This document shows, one piece after another, positions 29,041 to 37,679 of a stretch of DNA of 64,000 bases. Position numbers and translations under genes: made by a program. How positions within the stretch are numbered: the stretch's first letter is position 1; each line of letters opens with the position of its first letter. This stretch comes from Candidatus Enteromonas sp. Its GTDB lineage: Bacteria > Bacillota_I > Bacilli_A > RFN20 > CAG-826. Location of the stretch: assembly GCA_052273085.1 (NCBI GenBank), contig DAVZIW010000001.1:20584-84583 (forward strand), in the 5' to 3' direction. The notes beneath the pieces are model-generated. The model searched no databases. It saw only the letters and a list, made by a program, of their open reading frames with translations, and was not told the DNA's origin.

Positions 29041-29043
29041 AAT

Positions 29044-30027
29044 TTATTTCATTTCCGAATCTTTAAGGGTAATGTCTTTAAGGTTTTTAAACACGACAAC
29101 GTTATCGTTTCCTATATGTACATTATCTAAATATGCATTAGGACCTATAACATTTCCTTCACCTATAGTAGAACCGTTCATTATAAATGTATTAGGTCTA
29201 ATGGTCGTATCTACCCCAACTGTTGAATCAGGAGATATATATGTTGTTTCGGGATCTTCAATAGTTACTCCAGAAAGCATTAATTCCTTGTTGATTCTTT
29301 CTTGAATCTTTTTGGCGGCGATTGATAAGTGGTATCTATCATTAACACCCATTGTTTCATCTAAATCGTCAATTGAGAACGAACCAACTTTCTTGCCATC
29401 TCCTGCAAATAAGCCAATAACATCGGTTAAATAATATTCGTGAGCGGCATTTGTCGGAGTAAGCCTATCCAAGTCTCTAAATAATTCTTTATTATCAAAT
29501 ACATAGACCCCTGCATTAACTTCAGTGATTTTAGCTTCTTCAGGCGTACAGTCTCTTTGCTCGATAATTCTCTTAACTTGGCCGTCTTCTAAATAAATAC
29601 GTCCATAGCCAGTAGGATCATCCATGATAGCAGTCAATATGGTCAAATCGTTGCCGTTTTCTTCATGTGCCTTTAATAAAGCGCCTAAGGTTTTGCTGGT
29701 TAATAATGGAGTATCGCCACAGCAAACGATAGTGATGCCTTCTTTATCTTTTAAAACTGGTGCAGTCATCATAATGGCATGTCCAGTTCCTTTTTGTTCT
29801 TTTTGCCAGACAACTTTAGAATCTTTTGAAACTATAGAAGAAGTCATCTCACCTCCAAATCCAACGATGGTGACTATTTCTTCAAATCCTAATGGTTTTA
29901 ATGCTTCTAGGACATATTTGACCATCGGGCGTCCTAAAATTGGAAAAGAAACTTTAGACATATCATCTCTTTTAGATTTCATCCTAGTGCCTTTGCCGGC
30001 AGCTAGTATTATTGCATGTTTATTCAT
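29044..30027 (-). CDS. glmU: UDP-N-acetylglucosamine pyrophosphorylase-like protein (GlmU uridyltransferase domain; acetyltransferase left-handed beta-helix domain truncated)
   Basis: 327 aa. IILAAGKGTRMKS is the GlmU nucleotidyltransferase signature. Only about 5 hexapeptide turns follow before the stop, and a clean terminator lies just downstream. It keeps the conserved position after ispE. Confidence 0.8.
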   Translation of the reverse strand: MNKHAIILAAGKGTRMKSKRDDMSKVSFPILGRPMVKYVLEALKPLGFEEIVTIVGFGGEMTSSIVSKDSKVVWQKEQKGTGHAIMMTAPVLKDKEGITIVCCGDTPLLTSKTLGALLKAHEENGNDLTILTAIMDDPTGYGRIYLEDGQVKRIIEQRDCTPEEAKITEVNAGVYVFDNKELFRDLDRLTPTNAAHEYYLTDVIGLFAGDGKKVGSFSIDDLDETMGVNDRYHLSIAAKKIQERINKELMLSGVTIEDPETTYISPDSTVGVDTTIRPNTFIMNGSTIGEGNVIGPNAYLDNVHIGNDNVVVFKNLKDITLKDSEMK

Positions 30028-30881
30028 TTATTAGCTCCTTGAATAAGTGTTTTAGTCAAAACGGAAATGTATCCAAGCTTTTCGTATTTCTTTTGGGCCT
30101 CTTTCATTTTCTTAAGGTCAAAAGACATAGCAAATAAGCTAGATCCGGATCCTGACATTGAAACTATTTTAAACCCATCTCTTACTAATGAGGAGTATAT
30201 TTCCCCTACTTTAGGCAATAGATAGACTGCAGGAGGCATTAAATCATTACCAATGCTTTTGGCGATTAAATTCTCATCAGCAGTTCCTAGTCCTTTTATA
30301 ACGCCTTCTGTATCGATACGAATACTTTCACCTTTATAGTTAGAATAAACTTCTTTGGTAGATAAGCCTTCTTCTGGTTTAACAATTAATACATAGAAAG
30401 GCTTTAATAACTTAATGGGTTCATTCTTTTCTCCAATTCCCCCAACTCTAGAAGGGATGTTATGGATAAAAAATGGAACATCTGCTCCGACAGTTAATCC
30501 AATCTCACATAACTTTTCATCAGATAGATTAAGCTTAAGCATTTTGTTTAACGCGACCAAAACAGCAGCAGCATTAGAAGAACCGCCACCCAAGCCAGCA
30601 GCAAAAGGAATTTCTTTATGAATGTGAATAAGGAAGTTCTCCTTAAATCCGCATGCTTTTCTTAAGGCATCAGTAGCTTTTTTGCATAAATTAGCCTTAG
30701 CGCTCATCAAACGTAAATCATCACAAGTAATATAGGTGTCATTGCTATAAATCTTGTTTATTTCAATAACATCATGTAATTCCAAAGGAAGGTTTACCAT
30801 GTCTAATTCATGATACCCATCATCTAATGTTCCTAATATTCTTAACGAAAGATTGATCTTGGCGTATGACTTAATGTCCAT
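30024..30881 (-). CDS. ispE: 4-diphosphocytidyl-2-C-methyl-D-erythritol kinase homolog (GHMP kinase)
   Basis: KINLSLRILGTLDDGYHEL and PFAAGLGGGSSNAAAVL are GHMP/IspE motifs. It keeps the conserved ksgA-ispE adjacency. Confidence 0.88.
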   Translation of the reverse strand: MDIKSYAKINLSLRILGTLDDGYHELDMVNLPLELHDVIEINKIYSNDTYITCDDLRLMSAKANLCKKATDALRKACGFKENFLIHIHKEIPFAAGLGGGSSNAAAVLVALNKMLKLNLSDEKLCEIGLTVGADVPFFIHNIPSRVGGIGEKNEPIKLLKPFYVLIVKPEEGLSTKEVYSNYKGESIRIDTEGVIKGLGTADENLIAKSIGNDLMPPAVYLLPKVGEIYSSLVRDGFKIVSMSGSGSSLFAMSFDLKKMKEAQKKYEKLGYISVLTKTLIQGANK

Positions 30882-30893
30882 ATGTGTAGGTCC

Positions 30894-31703
30894 TTATTTT
30901 AATAATTGGTGTCTGTTTGATAAGAGAAGATATTGCTCAGGGGAAATTTGCTCTGGTCTATAATTTAATGGAATATTACATTCTTGAAGTAAAGCTTTCG
31001 TTTTATCTTCATCTTGTAATAAATCCTTCAAGTTATTGTAGATTGTTTTCCTCCGTTTTAAAAATAGCGACTGAGATAGTTTATACGCTTTAAGGACGTT
31101 TTCATCAAAATTCGTATCTAAATCAATTTTTATGACCGTTGAATCAACATGTGGACGTGGTGAAAAGCAGTTCTTATTAACATTAAATAGTTTTGCTGTC
31201 CCTCCTCTTAATGCAAGAAGAATATTCAAAGGAGAATAATCTTTGGTATTTGTTTTTGCTAACATTCTATCTGCTGCTTCCTTTTGAATCATAAACACAA
31301 ATCTAGTAGCATTTCTTGCTTCTAATAAAGCTTTTTCTATCAAGGCAGAAGTAATGTAATAAGGTAAATTCCCAACAACTTTAGAATAAGATGAATAATC
31401 GATTTTCAACGCATTTCCCATTTCAATTTTTAAAAATTCATTATTTTGGAAGTCGTTTTTTAATTTGGTAATCATAGCTTCATCTATATCGACTAGAGTT
31501 GCTTTTGCAGGTCCAAAAGACAAGAAATAAGATAACGAACCAGCCCCGCAGCCAATCTCTAAAACATTATCTTTTTCAGTTAATTCAAGATTAGAAACAA
31601 TAAGTGATGCCTTTTCTTTATCTATAAGAAAATTTTGGCCAACTTCTTTTTTGGCTAGGAATTTTAGTTGTTCGATTTCTTCAAAATATTTATTTGCATC
31701 CAT
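30894..31703 (-). CDS. rsmA: 16S rRNA (adenine1518/1519-N6)-dimethyltransferase
   Basis: 269 aa with GQNFLID and the SAM-binding EIGCGAGSLS. Confidence 0.9.
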   Translation of the reverse strand: MDANKYFEEIEQLKFLAKKEVGQNFLIDKEKASLIVSNLELTEKDNVLEIGCGAGSLSYFLSFGPAKATLVDIDEAMITKLKNDFQNNEFLKIEMGNALKIDYSSYSKVVGNLPYYITSALIEKALLEARNATRFVFMIQKEAADRMLAKTNTKDYSPLNILLALRGGTAKLFNVNKNCFSPRPHVDSTVIKIDLDTNFDENVLKAYKLSQSLFLKRRKTIYNNLKDLLQDEDKTKALLQECNIPLNYRPEQISPEQYLLLSNRHQLLK

Positions 31704-32232
31704 TGATAAATTCCTCCAATTGTTTCTTATCTATATTCATTGCATTTAATCTTTTTAGCAATGTCTTTCCGTTCCCGTATCCTAAATGGAAATAAGCCTC
31801 TACCTTCTCTTTATTAACCTTACTATTCTTACCTACTAACTTAAGTTCAAGAAGGTCTGAACAAGTTAAGTTGCCTGGAGTCGGTGATTTAGTAATGGTT
31901 ATGTGCGACAAGGCATCTAGAATTGTTTGCTTGTCGGATTCCGCTACCCCAACCTTATGATGTTTGATGGCTTTTTCTTTTGGGATATAAGCGTGTTTCA
32001 GGTTTGGAATATGCTGATCAAGCACGTCTCTTATCCTTTTTCCCGGATAATCTGGATCGGTCAAAACTATGACATCTTTCCTTTTTGATGCCTCTAAAAT
32101 GTAGTCTATTGTTTCACGTGGAACGTCAGAGCCATTAGTGGTAACTATCTCTGCATCAAGAAAAGAAGTCAATAAGGATACATCGGTAGTACCTTCTACT
32201 ACAATTAGGGCATTTATCACTGTCTTACTCAT
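31690..32232 (-). CDS. rnmV: ribonuclease M5 (Toprim domain)
   Basis: 180 aa: ALIVVEGTTDVSLL...VIVLTDPDYPGKRIR is the Toprim fold of RNase M5. Confidence 0.85.
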   Translation of the reverse strand: MSKTVINALIVVEGTTDVSLLTSFLDAEIVTTNGSDVPRETIDYILEASKRKDVIVLTDPDYPGKRIRDVLDQHIPNLKHAYIPKEKAIKHHKVGVAESDKQTILDALSHITITKSPTPGNLTCSDLLELKLVGKNSKVNKEKVEAYFHLGYGNGKTLLKRLNAMNIDKKQLEEFINGCK

Positions 32233-33005
32233 GGTTTCACGTGGAACAATTTATTGAAATTGTCTTGTATTTTTTTACTCAAAATGTCAAGAGAAATTTC
32301 CTTAATTTCAGACATTTGTTTTACTATGTATGGGATATATTCAGGATAATTAGTTTGTCCTCTAAATGGAACAGGAGGCAAATAAGGGCAATCGGTTTCT
32401 GAAAGAATTCTATCAATAGAAACTTCTTTGACACATTGCTTTGGAACAATTGAGTTCTTATATGTTATAGGTCCATCAAACCCAAAATAATAGCCTAGCT
32501 TTTCAAATTCTTTCATCATCTCTACCGAACCAGAATAGCAATGCAAAACACCTTTTCCTTTAGGTGTGTATTCTTTTAATATGTCAAAAGTGTCTTGAAC
32601 GGCTTCTCTGCAATGGATCGAAACAGGCAAACTAAGCTCATCTGCCATTTTTAATTGCTTGATAAACCATATTTTTTGGTTATCTCTATCTTTTTGTTCT
32701 TTATACCAATGATAATCTAAGCCAATTTCTCCAATGGCTATAACTTTCGGATTTTTGCAGAGCTCTTTTATTTTGCTTAGATTGTCATCGCTTGCGTTCT
32801 CTAGGTTTTCAGGATGAAATCCAACAGCAGCATATACACCTTCGTGCCTAGAAGCGATTTCTATAGCCTTTAATGAACTTTCTAGGTCATATCCAACAAC
32901 TAAAATAGTAGTAACCCCTGCTTCAAAAGAAGAAGCAACAACTTCATCTACATTATCTTTGAATCTTTCATCATTAAGATGACAATGTGAATCAACAAAA
33001 TTCAT
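32229..33005 (-). CDS. tatD: TatD family metal-dependent DNase/hydrolase
   Basis: 258 aa: MNFVDSHCHLND... with the conserved HxH, and later His/Asp/Glu motifs of TatD. Confidence 0.9.
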   Translation of the reverse strand: MNFVDSHCHLNDERFKDNVDEVVASSFEAGVTTILVVGYDLESSLKAIEIASRHEGVYAAVGFHPENLENASDDNLSKIKELCKNPKVIAIGEIGLDYHWYKEQKDRDNQKIWFIKQLKMADELSLPVSIHCREAVQDTFDILKEYTPKGKGVLHCYSGSVEMMKEFEKLGYYFGFDGPITYKNSIVPKQCVKEVSIDRILSETDCPYLPPVPFRGQTNYPEYIPYIVKQMSEIKEISLDILSKKIQDNFNKLFHVKP

Positions 33006-33006
33006 T

Positions 33007-34326
33007 TTATTTCCCTACACAGAATCTAGAGAAGATTTCATCGCTTAAATCATGGGTAGGATCTTCTCCAAATAGTTCTCTTACATAGTTATATGCGTTA
33101 AGCAAAGATGAGGAAATTAAATCAATGGGTTGCCTAGATTTGCAATCTATAATAATTTGTTCTAGCTCAGAATCTATTTTTCTTAATAAAGATAATTCCC
33201 TTTCATTCGAAAACGATGGATTGGAAAAAGATTTCTCACTTAAATTAAGAGAGTCAAACATAGCCTTTTTCAAAGGCTCGATATCCTTGTTTATAGCTGA
33301 TATGTATACATACCCCTCTTCTTTTTTATTTATCAAGTCAGATTTGTTTTTGATTTTTAATAGGATTTTTCCTTTGCTAAGTTCTTCTATTTCTTTTTCA
33401 AAAGAGCAATCCCGTGTATCAGAAATAAGTAGAACCATATCTGAACTAGCGATAGATTTCTTGCTTCTTTCAATACCTATATTTTCAACAACTTCATTAC
33501 TTTCCCTAATGCCTGCTGTATCTAACAATATAAAAGGCACCCCATTAAAAGAACAATAGCCTTCTATAACATCTCTAGTTGTGCCCGGGATTGAAGTTAC
33601 GATGGCTTTATCTTCGTTTAACAAGGCGTTTAGAATTGAAGATTTGCCTACATTAGGTTCTCCTACAATAGCAACCTTCACGCCTTCTCTAATTATCTTT
33701 CCTTCATTTCCTTCTTTTATAAGGGTAGATAAAGAGGAACGTAATTCATTACAAGAAGATATAACATCTTCGTAACCTGTTTCTTCAATATCTTCATATT
33801 CAGGGAAATCGATATTTACTTCTAGTTTGGCTAAAAGCTCACTGATTTTGTTTTTTAAAGGGGTTAATAAAGGCGATACTTTTCCTAAATAAGAAAGAAG
33901 AGCAAGGTCTTTTGCTTCTTTAGTAGAAGCATTAATTAAATCATTCACACTTTCAGCTTCAATTAAATCCATCTTGCCAAAATAGAACGCTCGAGCAGAG
34001 AATTCCCCTCTTTCTGCATATCTAACCCCGCTAGAAAGGAAGGCTTCTACTATTTCTTTGACTATAACCATAGAACCATGGCAAGTTATCTCAACCACTT
34101 CTTCTCCAGTCATAGAGCATTCAGGTTCATAGCAAAAAAGCATTACATCATCTATTGGCTTATTTTTAAAAACAATAGACCCGTGTATCATTTTTCTTTT
34201 AAAACCAGTGCCGATTTCTTTGTTTATGAGCTTTGAGACAATACCAAAAAGACCATCGCCACTAAGACGAAGCAAAGCCAAGGCTGATTTAAACGGAGGT
34301 GTCGCTAAAGCAATAATTGGTTCCAT
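33007..34326 (-). CDS. mnmE: tRNA modification GTPase MnmE
   Basis: 439 aa with a G domain GEPNVGKSSILNAL...DTAGIR and the diagnostic C-terminal CVGK. Confidence 0.9.
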   Translation of the reverse strand: MEPIIALATPPFKSALALLRLSGDGLFGIVSKLINKEIGTGFKRKMIHGSIVFKNKPIDDVMLFCYEPECSMTGEEVVEITCHGSMVIVKEIVEAFLSSGVRYAERGEFSARAFYFGKMDLIEAESVNDLINASTKEAKDLALLSYLGKVSPLLTPLKNKISELLAKLEVNIDFPEYEDIEETGYEDVISSCNELRSSLSTLIKEGNEGKIIREGVKVAIVGEPNVGKSSILNALLNEDKAIVTSIPGTTRDVIEGYCSFNGVPFILLDTAGIRESNEVVENIGIERSKKSIASSDMVLLISDTRDCSFEKEIEELSKGKILLKIKNKSDLINKKEEGYVYISAINKDIEPLKKAMFDSLNLSEKSFSNPSFSNERELSLLRKIDSELEQIIIDCKSRQPIDLISSSLLNAYNYVRELFGEDPTHDLSDEIFSRFCVGK

Positions 34327-34355
34327 CTTCTGAATTATAATCCATATATAAGAAT

Positions 34356-34377
34356 AAAGGCTGACGAATCAGCCTTT
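34356..34377 (-). terminator. hairpin between jag and mnmE (weak terminator or attenuator)
   Basis: AAAGGCTGA-CGAA-TCAGCCTTT, a 9-bp stem. The downstream tract on the minus strand is U-poor (ATTCTTATAT). Confidence 0.4.
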
Positions 34378-34382
34378 AGTTA

Positions 34383-34982
34383 TTAATCAACGTATTTGAT
34401 GCAGACAGCCCTAGAAGATCCTTCACCAGTTGATTCGGTTTTGATATGTTCCATTTTAGAAAGGCAGCCATGAACAACGCGTCTTTCATCCGGAGTCATT
34501 GGATCAAGTTGGACATCAACTTTGGTCTTGATAACTTCTCTAGCAGCTCTTCTTGCGATGCGTTCGACCCTAGAATACTTATCTTCTTTATATCCCCCAA
34601 CATCAAGAAGGATCCTATAACGATGACGGAATTTATTAGAAACAGCTAATTTGGTTAATTCATTCAAGGCTTGTAAAGTCTTTCCATTTCTTCCTATTAA
34701 TATAGGGTTATGGTCGGAATCGATAGTAATCTTGATGATATCTTCTTCAACAACTGATTCAGCAGAAACTTGAACGCCTAAGGCATAGAGAGATTTCTTT
34801 ATGTATTCAATAGCATATTCAGCAACGTCATCTTTATCAAAAACATTGATAGTAGCGCTCTTTTTGAATAAACCCTTCTTTTCTTCCTTGACTTCATAAG
34901 AAAGGGCTTTTTCGGAGACATTTAATTCTGCACAAGCTTCAGCAACAGCTTCTTCTATTGTTTTAGCAGTAAAAGTTTTCAT
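34383..34982 (-). CDS. khpB: RNA-binding protein Jag/KhpB (KH + R3H domains)
   Basis: 199 aa with an N-terminal Jag_N, a central KH and a C-terminal R3H (RVVHGCLSK). It sits in the conserved position after yidC. Confidence 0.85.
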   Translation of the reverse strand: MKTFTAKTIEEAVAEACAELNVSEKALSYEVKEEKKGLFKKSATINVFDKDDVAEYAIEYIKKSLYALGVQVSAESVVEEDIIKITIDSDHNPILIGRNGKTLQALNELTKLAVSNKFRHRYRILLDVGGYKEDKYSRVERIARRAAREVIKTKVDVQLDPMTPDERRVVHGCLSKMEHIKTESTGEGSSRAVCIKYVD

Positions 34983-36707
34983 TTATTTCGTACCTCTTTT
35001 TTCTTTTGATTTTTTCGAAATTACCAATTGGGTAATCAAGGTTTGAATCATGGAAATTAAACCACCAATTAACCAATAGACACCCATAGCAGATGGAAGC
35101 ATGAATCCCATGACGATGGTGAACACCAACATGAAGATAGATACCCATTTCATTTGTTTTTGAGAATCGGTTTGAGCTGGGTTAGCGGATAATTTAGCCA
35201 TCTTCTTGGTTTGAGATTTGCTCATTATACGTGGAAGCATCATAGCCATAACCTGGGTAGCTGCCATCAATATAAATAGGACTAAAGCCGTCCACCAGCC
35301 GTTTTGGTTAAGATACCAAGTACCTTTTACATTAAATAATATGCTCGAAATATTATCGGATAATCTCATTCCAAGGAATTCACCACTAGATAAGGCAGCT
35401 GAACCTTGTAAGCCAGACCATACACAGATGAATACAGGGAACTGAACAATAAGGATAAGGATTTGCCTAAACGGCTTAATCTTATGACGTTTATACAAAG
35501 CCATTTGCTCAGTTGCAAGCCTTTGCTTTTCAGCTTGGTTTGTATTGGAATTTGGATACTTAGCTTGAAGCTTAGCAAGTTCAGGCTGCAAGGCTTGCAT
35601 CTTTTGGGAATCCATTGTTGAACGGAAAGAGACCAATAGTAGCAAACATCTAACTATCAAAGTAACGAATACGATAGCCCAGATTTGTCCAACGCCACTT
35701 AGATTTTGATCCATTCCATAAGCGAATGTATCAACTAACCAGGAAACTGGATAGACAAGTAAGCCTTCAAGGAACCCTTTACTCCAGGCATATCCCCAGT
35801 CTTTCTTGGAGATATTTACTTCCCAGTCGGAAGAATTTCCATAATGACCGAATTGTCCGTCTTTAGTAGCAATACAGGAACGGTTTTGATTAACCTTGGT
35901 TGCTACTTGGGATTTGTAATAATCGGTGAAATCTTTAGTAGGAACGTTATCCATCCCCAAAGATTTTTCGCTGCTCTTATAAAGTTCAGCATTCCAGCTG
36001 GTCCAGTAGCCCCAAAGCGAGCCACCTTGACCAGAGAATTTAACATAACCATTTCTTCTTAAAATGGAATTTTCACAAACTTCTTCGCCGCCTTCACCGT
36101 TATAATCAGCTTTTGTGTAAGGATTTAAGTAGTGAACTTTGCTACTTCCAATGGACTTTTCGTCTTTAGAGTCGCGCGGCATAGTTACAACTATGTCTTT
36201 GATAAATCCTTCAGATGCAGTTTGTCCAACGGTATAAGCCTTTCCTGTTTCGGCAAGATAGGTAGAAGCTTGCAAGACATAGTCATCAATACTAGCCCAG
36301 TATTTTAAAGAAGGCATGACCAATCCGCTTTTATAAGCGCTAGAAATTATGCTTTGAAGGAAAGTAGACTTTGCAGCAGTAAATTCTATTTGCTTATTGT
36401 CGTTAAGCTTATATGGGATGTATTTATAGATGTCTTCGTTTATTGCGGTACCGGCAGAGTTAACAAAAGCAGGACCTGCGATACCTTGGCTTTCCTCTTC
36501 TTCGATTAAAGCCTTTGTTTCATCAGCACTTTTTAACGTGTCATATTCATTTTTGCTTAGATAGACAGTAACACCTTGTTCGCATGGATAAGCCATTTGG
36601 GCTTGATCTTCTTCGGAACAAAAATCAGCTGTACAACCAGCAAGCAACCCCGTGCCTAGAAGGGCTGCCAAACCAATGAATATCTTTTTATGGGATAACT
36701 TTTTCAA
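34983..36707 (-). CDS. yidC: membrane protein insertase YidC with an unusually large N-terminal lipoprotein-type extracytoplasmic domain
   Basis: 574 aa. The signal peptide has the lipobox LLAGC. About 330 aa of soluble domain follow. The C-terminal roughly 230 aa form the YidC/Oxa1 core (MALYKRHKIKPF...QFPVFI...). Confidence 0.85.
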   Translation of the reverse strand: MKKLSHKKIFIGLAALLGTGLLAGCTADFCSEEDQAQMAYPCEQGVTVYLSKNEYDTLKSADETKALIEEEESQGIAGPAFVNSAGTAINEDIYKYIPYKLNDNKQIEFTAAKSTFLQSIISSAYKSGLVMPSLKYWASIDDYVLQASTYLAETGKAYTVGQTASEGFIKDIVVTMPRDSKDEKSIGSSKVHYLNPYTKADYNGEGGEEVCENSILRRNGYVKFSGQGGSLWGYWTSWNAELYKSSEKSLGMDNVPTKDFTDYYKSQVATKVNQNRSCIATKDGQFGHYGNSSDWEVNISKKDWGYAWSKGFLEGLLVYPVSWLVDTFAYGMDQNLSGVGQIWAIVFVTLIVRCLLLLVSFRSTMDSQKMQALQPELAKLQAKYPNSNTNQAEKQRLATEQMALYKRHKIKPFRQILILIVQFPVFICVWSGLQGSAALSSGEFLGMRLSDNISSILFNVKGTWYLNQNGWWTALVLFILMAATQVMAMMLPRIMSKSQTKKMAKLSANPAQTDSQKQMKWVSIFMLVFTIVMGFMLPSAMGVYWLIGGLISMIQTLITQLVISKKSKEKRGTK

Positions 36708-37045
36708 TTGATTTTTTCCTTAACATTATCTAGAAGGGAATTGAGTTCCCTTTCATTATTTTGAAACTCATCCTTTTTATAGCAAGGGTGAATTGTAATG
36801 ATGATATTTACAGGCAATGAGTAGTCATTTCTAGAAGCAAGCATTGCCCTGACTTGCCTTTTTTCCCTGACCCTAGTAACGGCATGGCCATTAGCTTTTC
36901 CAATAGCCAAGCCGATTCTAGTAAAATTCTGATCAATAGGCGCAACTTGGTAATAAACGGAGAAATTCTTAGACTTTAGCTTCTTTCCGTTTTTGATTAT
37001 CAAGTCAAATTCTGAATGCTTTTTAATTCGAAGCGCCTTCTTCAT
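36704..37045 (-). CDS. rnpA: ribonuclease P protein component
   Basis: 113 aa, basic, with the canonical rpmH-rnpA arrangement. Confidence 0.9.
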   Translation of the reverse strand: MKKALRIKKHSEFDLIIKNGKKLKSKNFSVYYQVAPIDQNFTRIGLAIGKANGHAVTRVREKRQVRAMLASRNDYSLPVNIIITIHPCYKKDEFQNNERELNSLLDNVKEKIN

Positions 37046-37050
37046 GGGAA

Positions 37051-37185
37051 TTAGTCAGCGACCTTGACGCGTCCTTTTGCACGACGCTTTGCAATAACCT
37101 TACGTCCGGAAGCGGTAGCCATCCTGGCACGGAAGCCAGCCTTATTGGCGTGTTTCTTCTTTGAAGGTTGGTAAGTTTTTTTCAT
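37051..37185 (-). CDS. rpmH: 50S ribosomal protein L34
   Basis: Manual reverse-complement translation gives [44 protein letters not shown] (44 aa). It has a strong AGGAGG Shine-Dalgarno. The ORF track missed it because it is under 60 aa. Confidence 0.88.
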   Translation of the reverse strand: MKKTYQPSKKKHANKAGFRARMATASGRKVIAKRRAKGRVKVAD

Positions 37186-37289
37186 TAGCGTAATCCTCCT
37201 AAATTGGATGCAAGGGTTATTATACGGATTGAAACTTTTAACTACAACTACGAGTGTACGCGCGTAAGAGTTTTTCTAGATAGTTTTTA

Positions 37290-37650
37290 AGGTGGATTTC
37301 AGCAAATCGCAGAAACAAGAGAAAGTTATCCACAATCAAAACGCGTTATCAACACCGTGAAACATAGCGTGAAACACTTTCCACATACATTGTGAATTAT
37401 AAGTTGTGAATAATGTGAATAATTAAAAAATATAGGCAACATCACGATATTTTAAAACTTAAAATGATTGTTAATAACTTCAAAGTTTGTATAGTTTTCC
37501 ACAATTAAAAATCACCTATTTAGTTTTCCACAATTTGTCCACAATAAAAAGATGTGGAAAGAGTGGTTATTCGCTTTAAATCAAGGTTAAAAAGAGTGGT
37601 TATTGTGGAAAAATCAATTTGGCTGAATTTTTTACTATCTTTTTATTATA
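37290..37650. promoter_or_regulatory. oriC region 1: DnaA-box cluster plus AT-rich tract between rpmH and dnaA
   Basis: A perfect TTATCCACA at 37326-37334 plus at least eight 1-mismatch boxes. These are TTATCAACA 37346, TGTGAATAA twice near 37405-37423, TTTTCCACA 37495 and 37524, TTGTCCACA 37535 and TGTGGAAAA 37603. An AT-rich stretch lies at 37621-37660. Confidence 0.7.
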
Positions 37651-37679
37651 AAAATGGTTTAATTTTACAGGAGCAAATT

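Noticed and set aside
37554-37679. First 42 codons of the ORF-track dnaA
   Set aside because: This stretch runs through the DnaA-box cluster. A Shine-Dalgarno site and a typical DnaA N-terminus begin at 37680.
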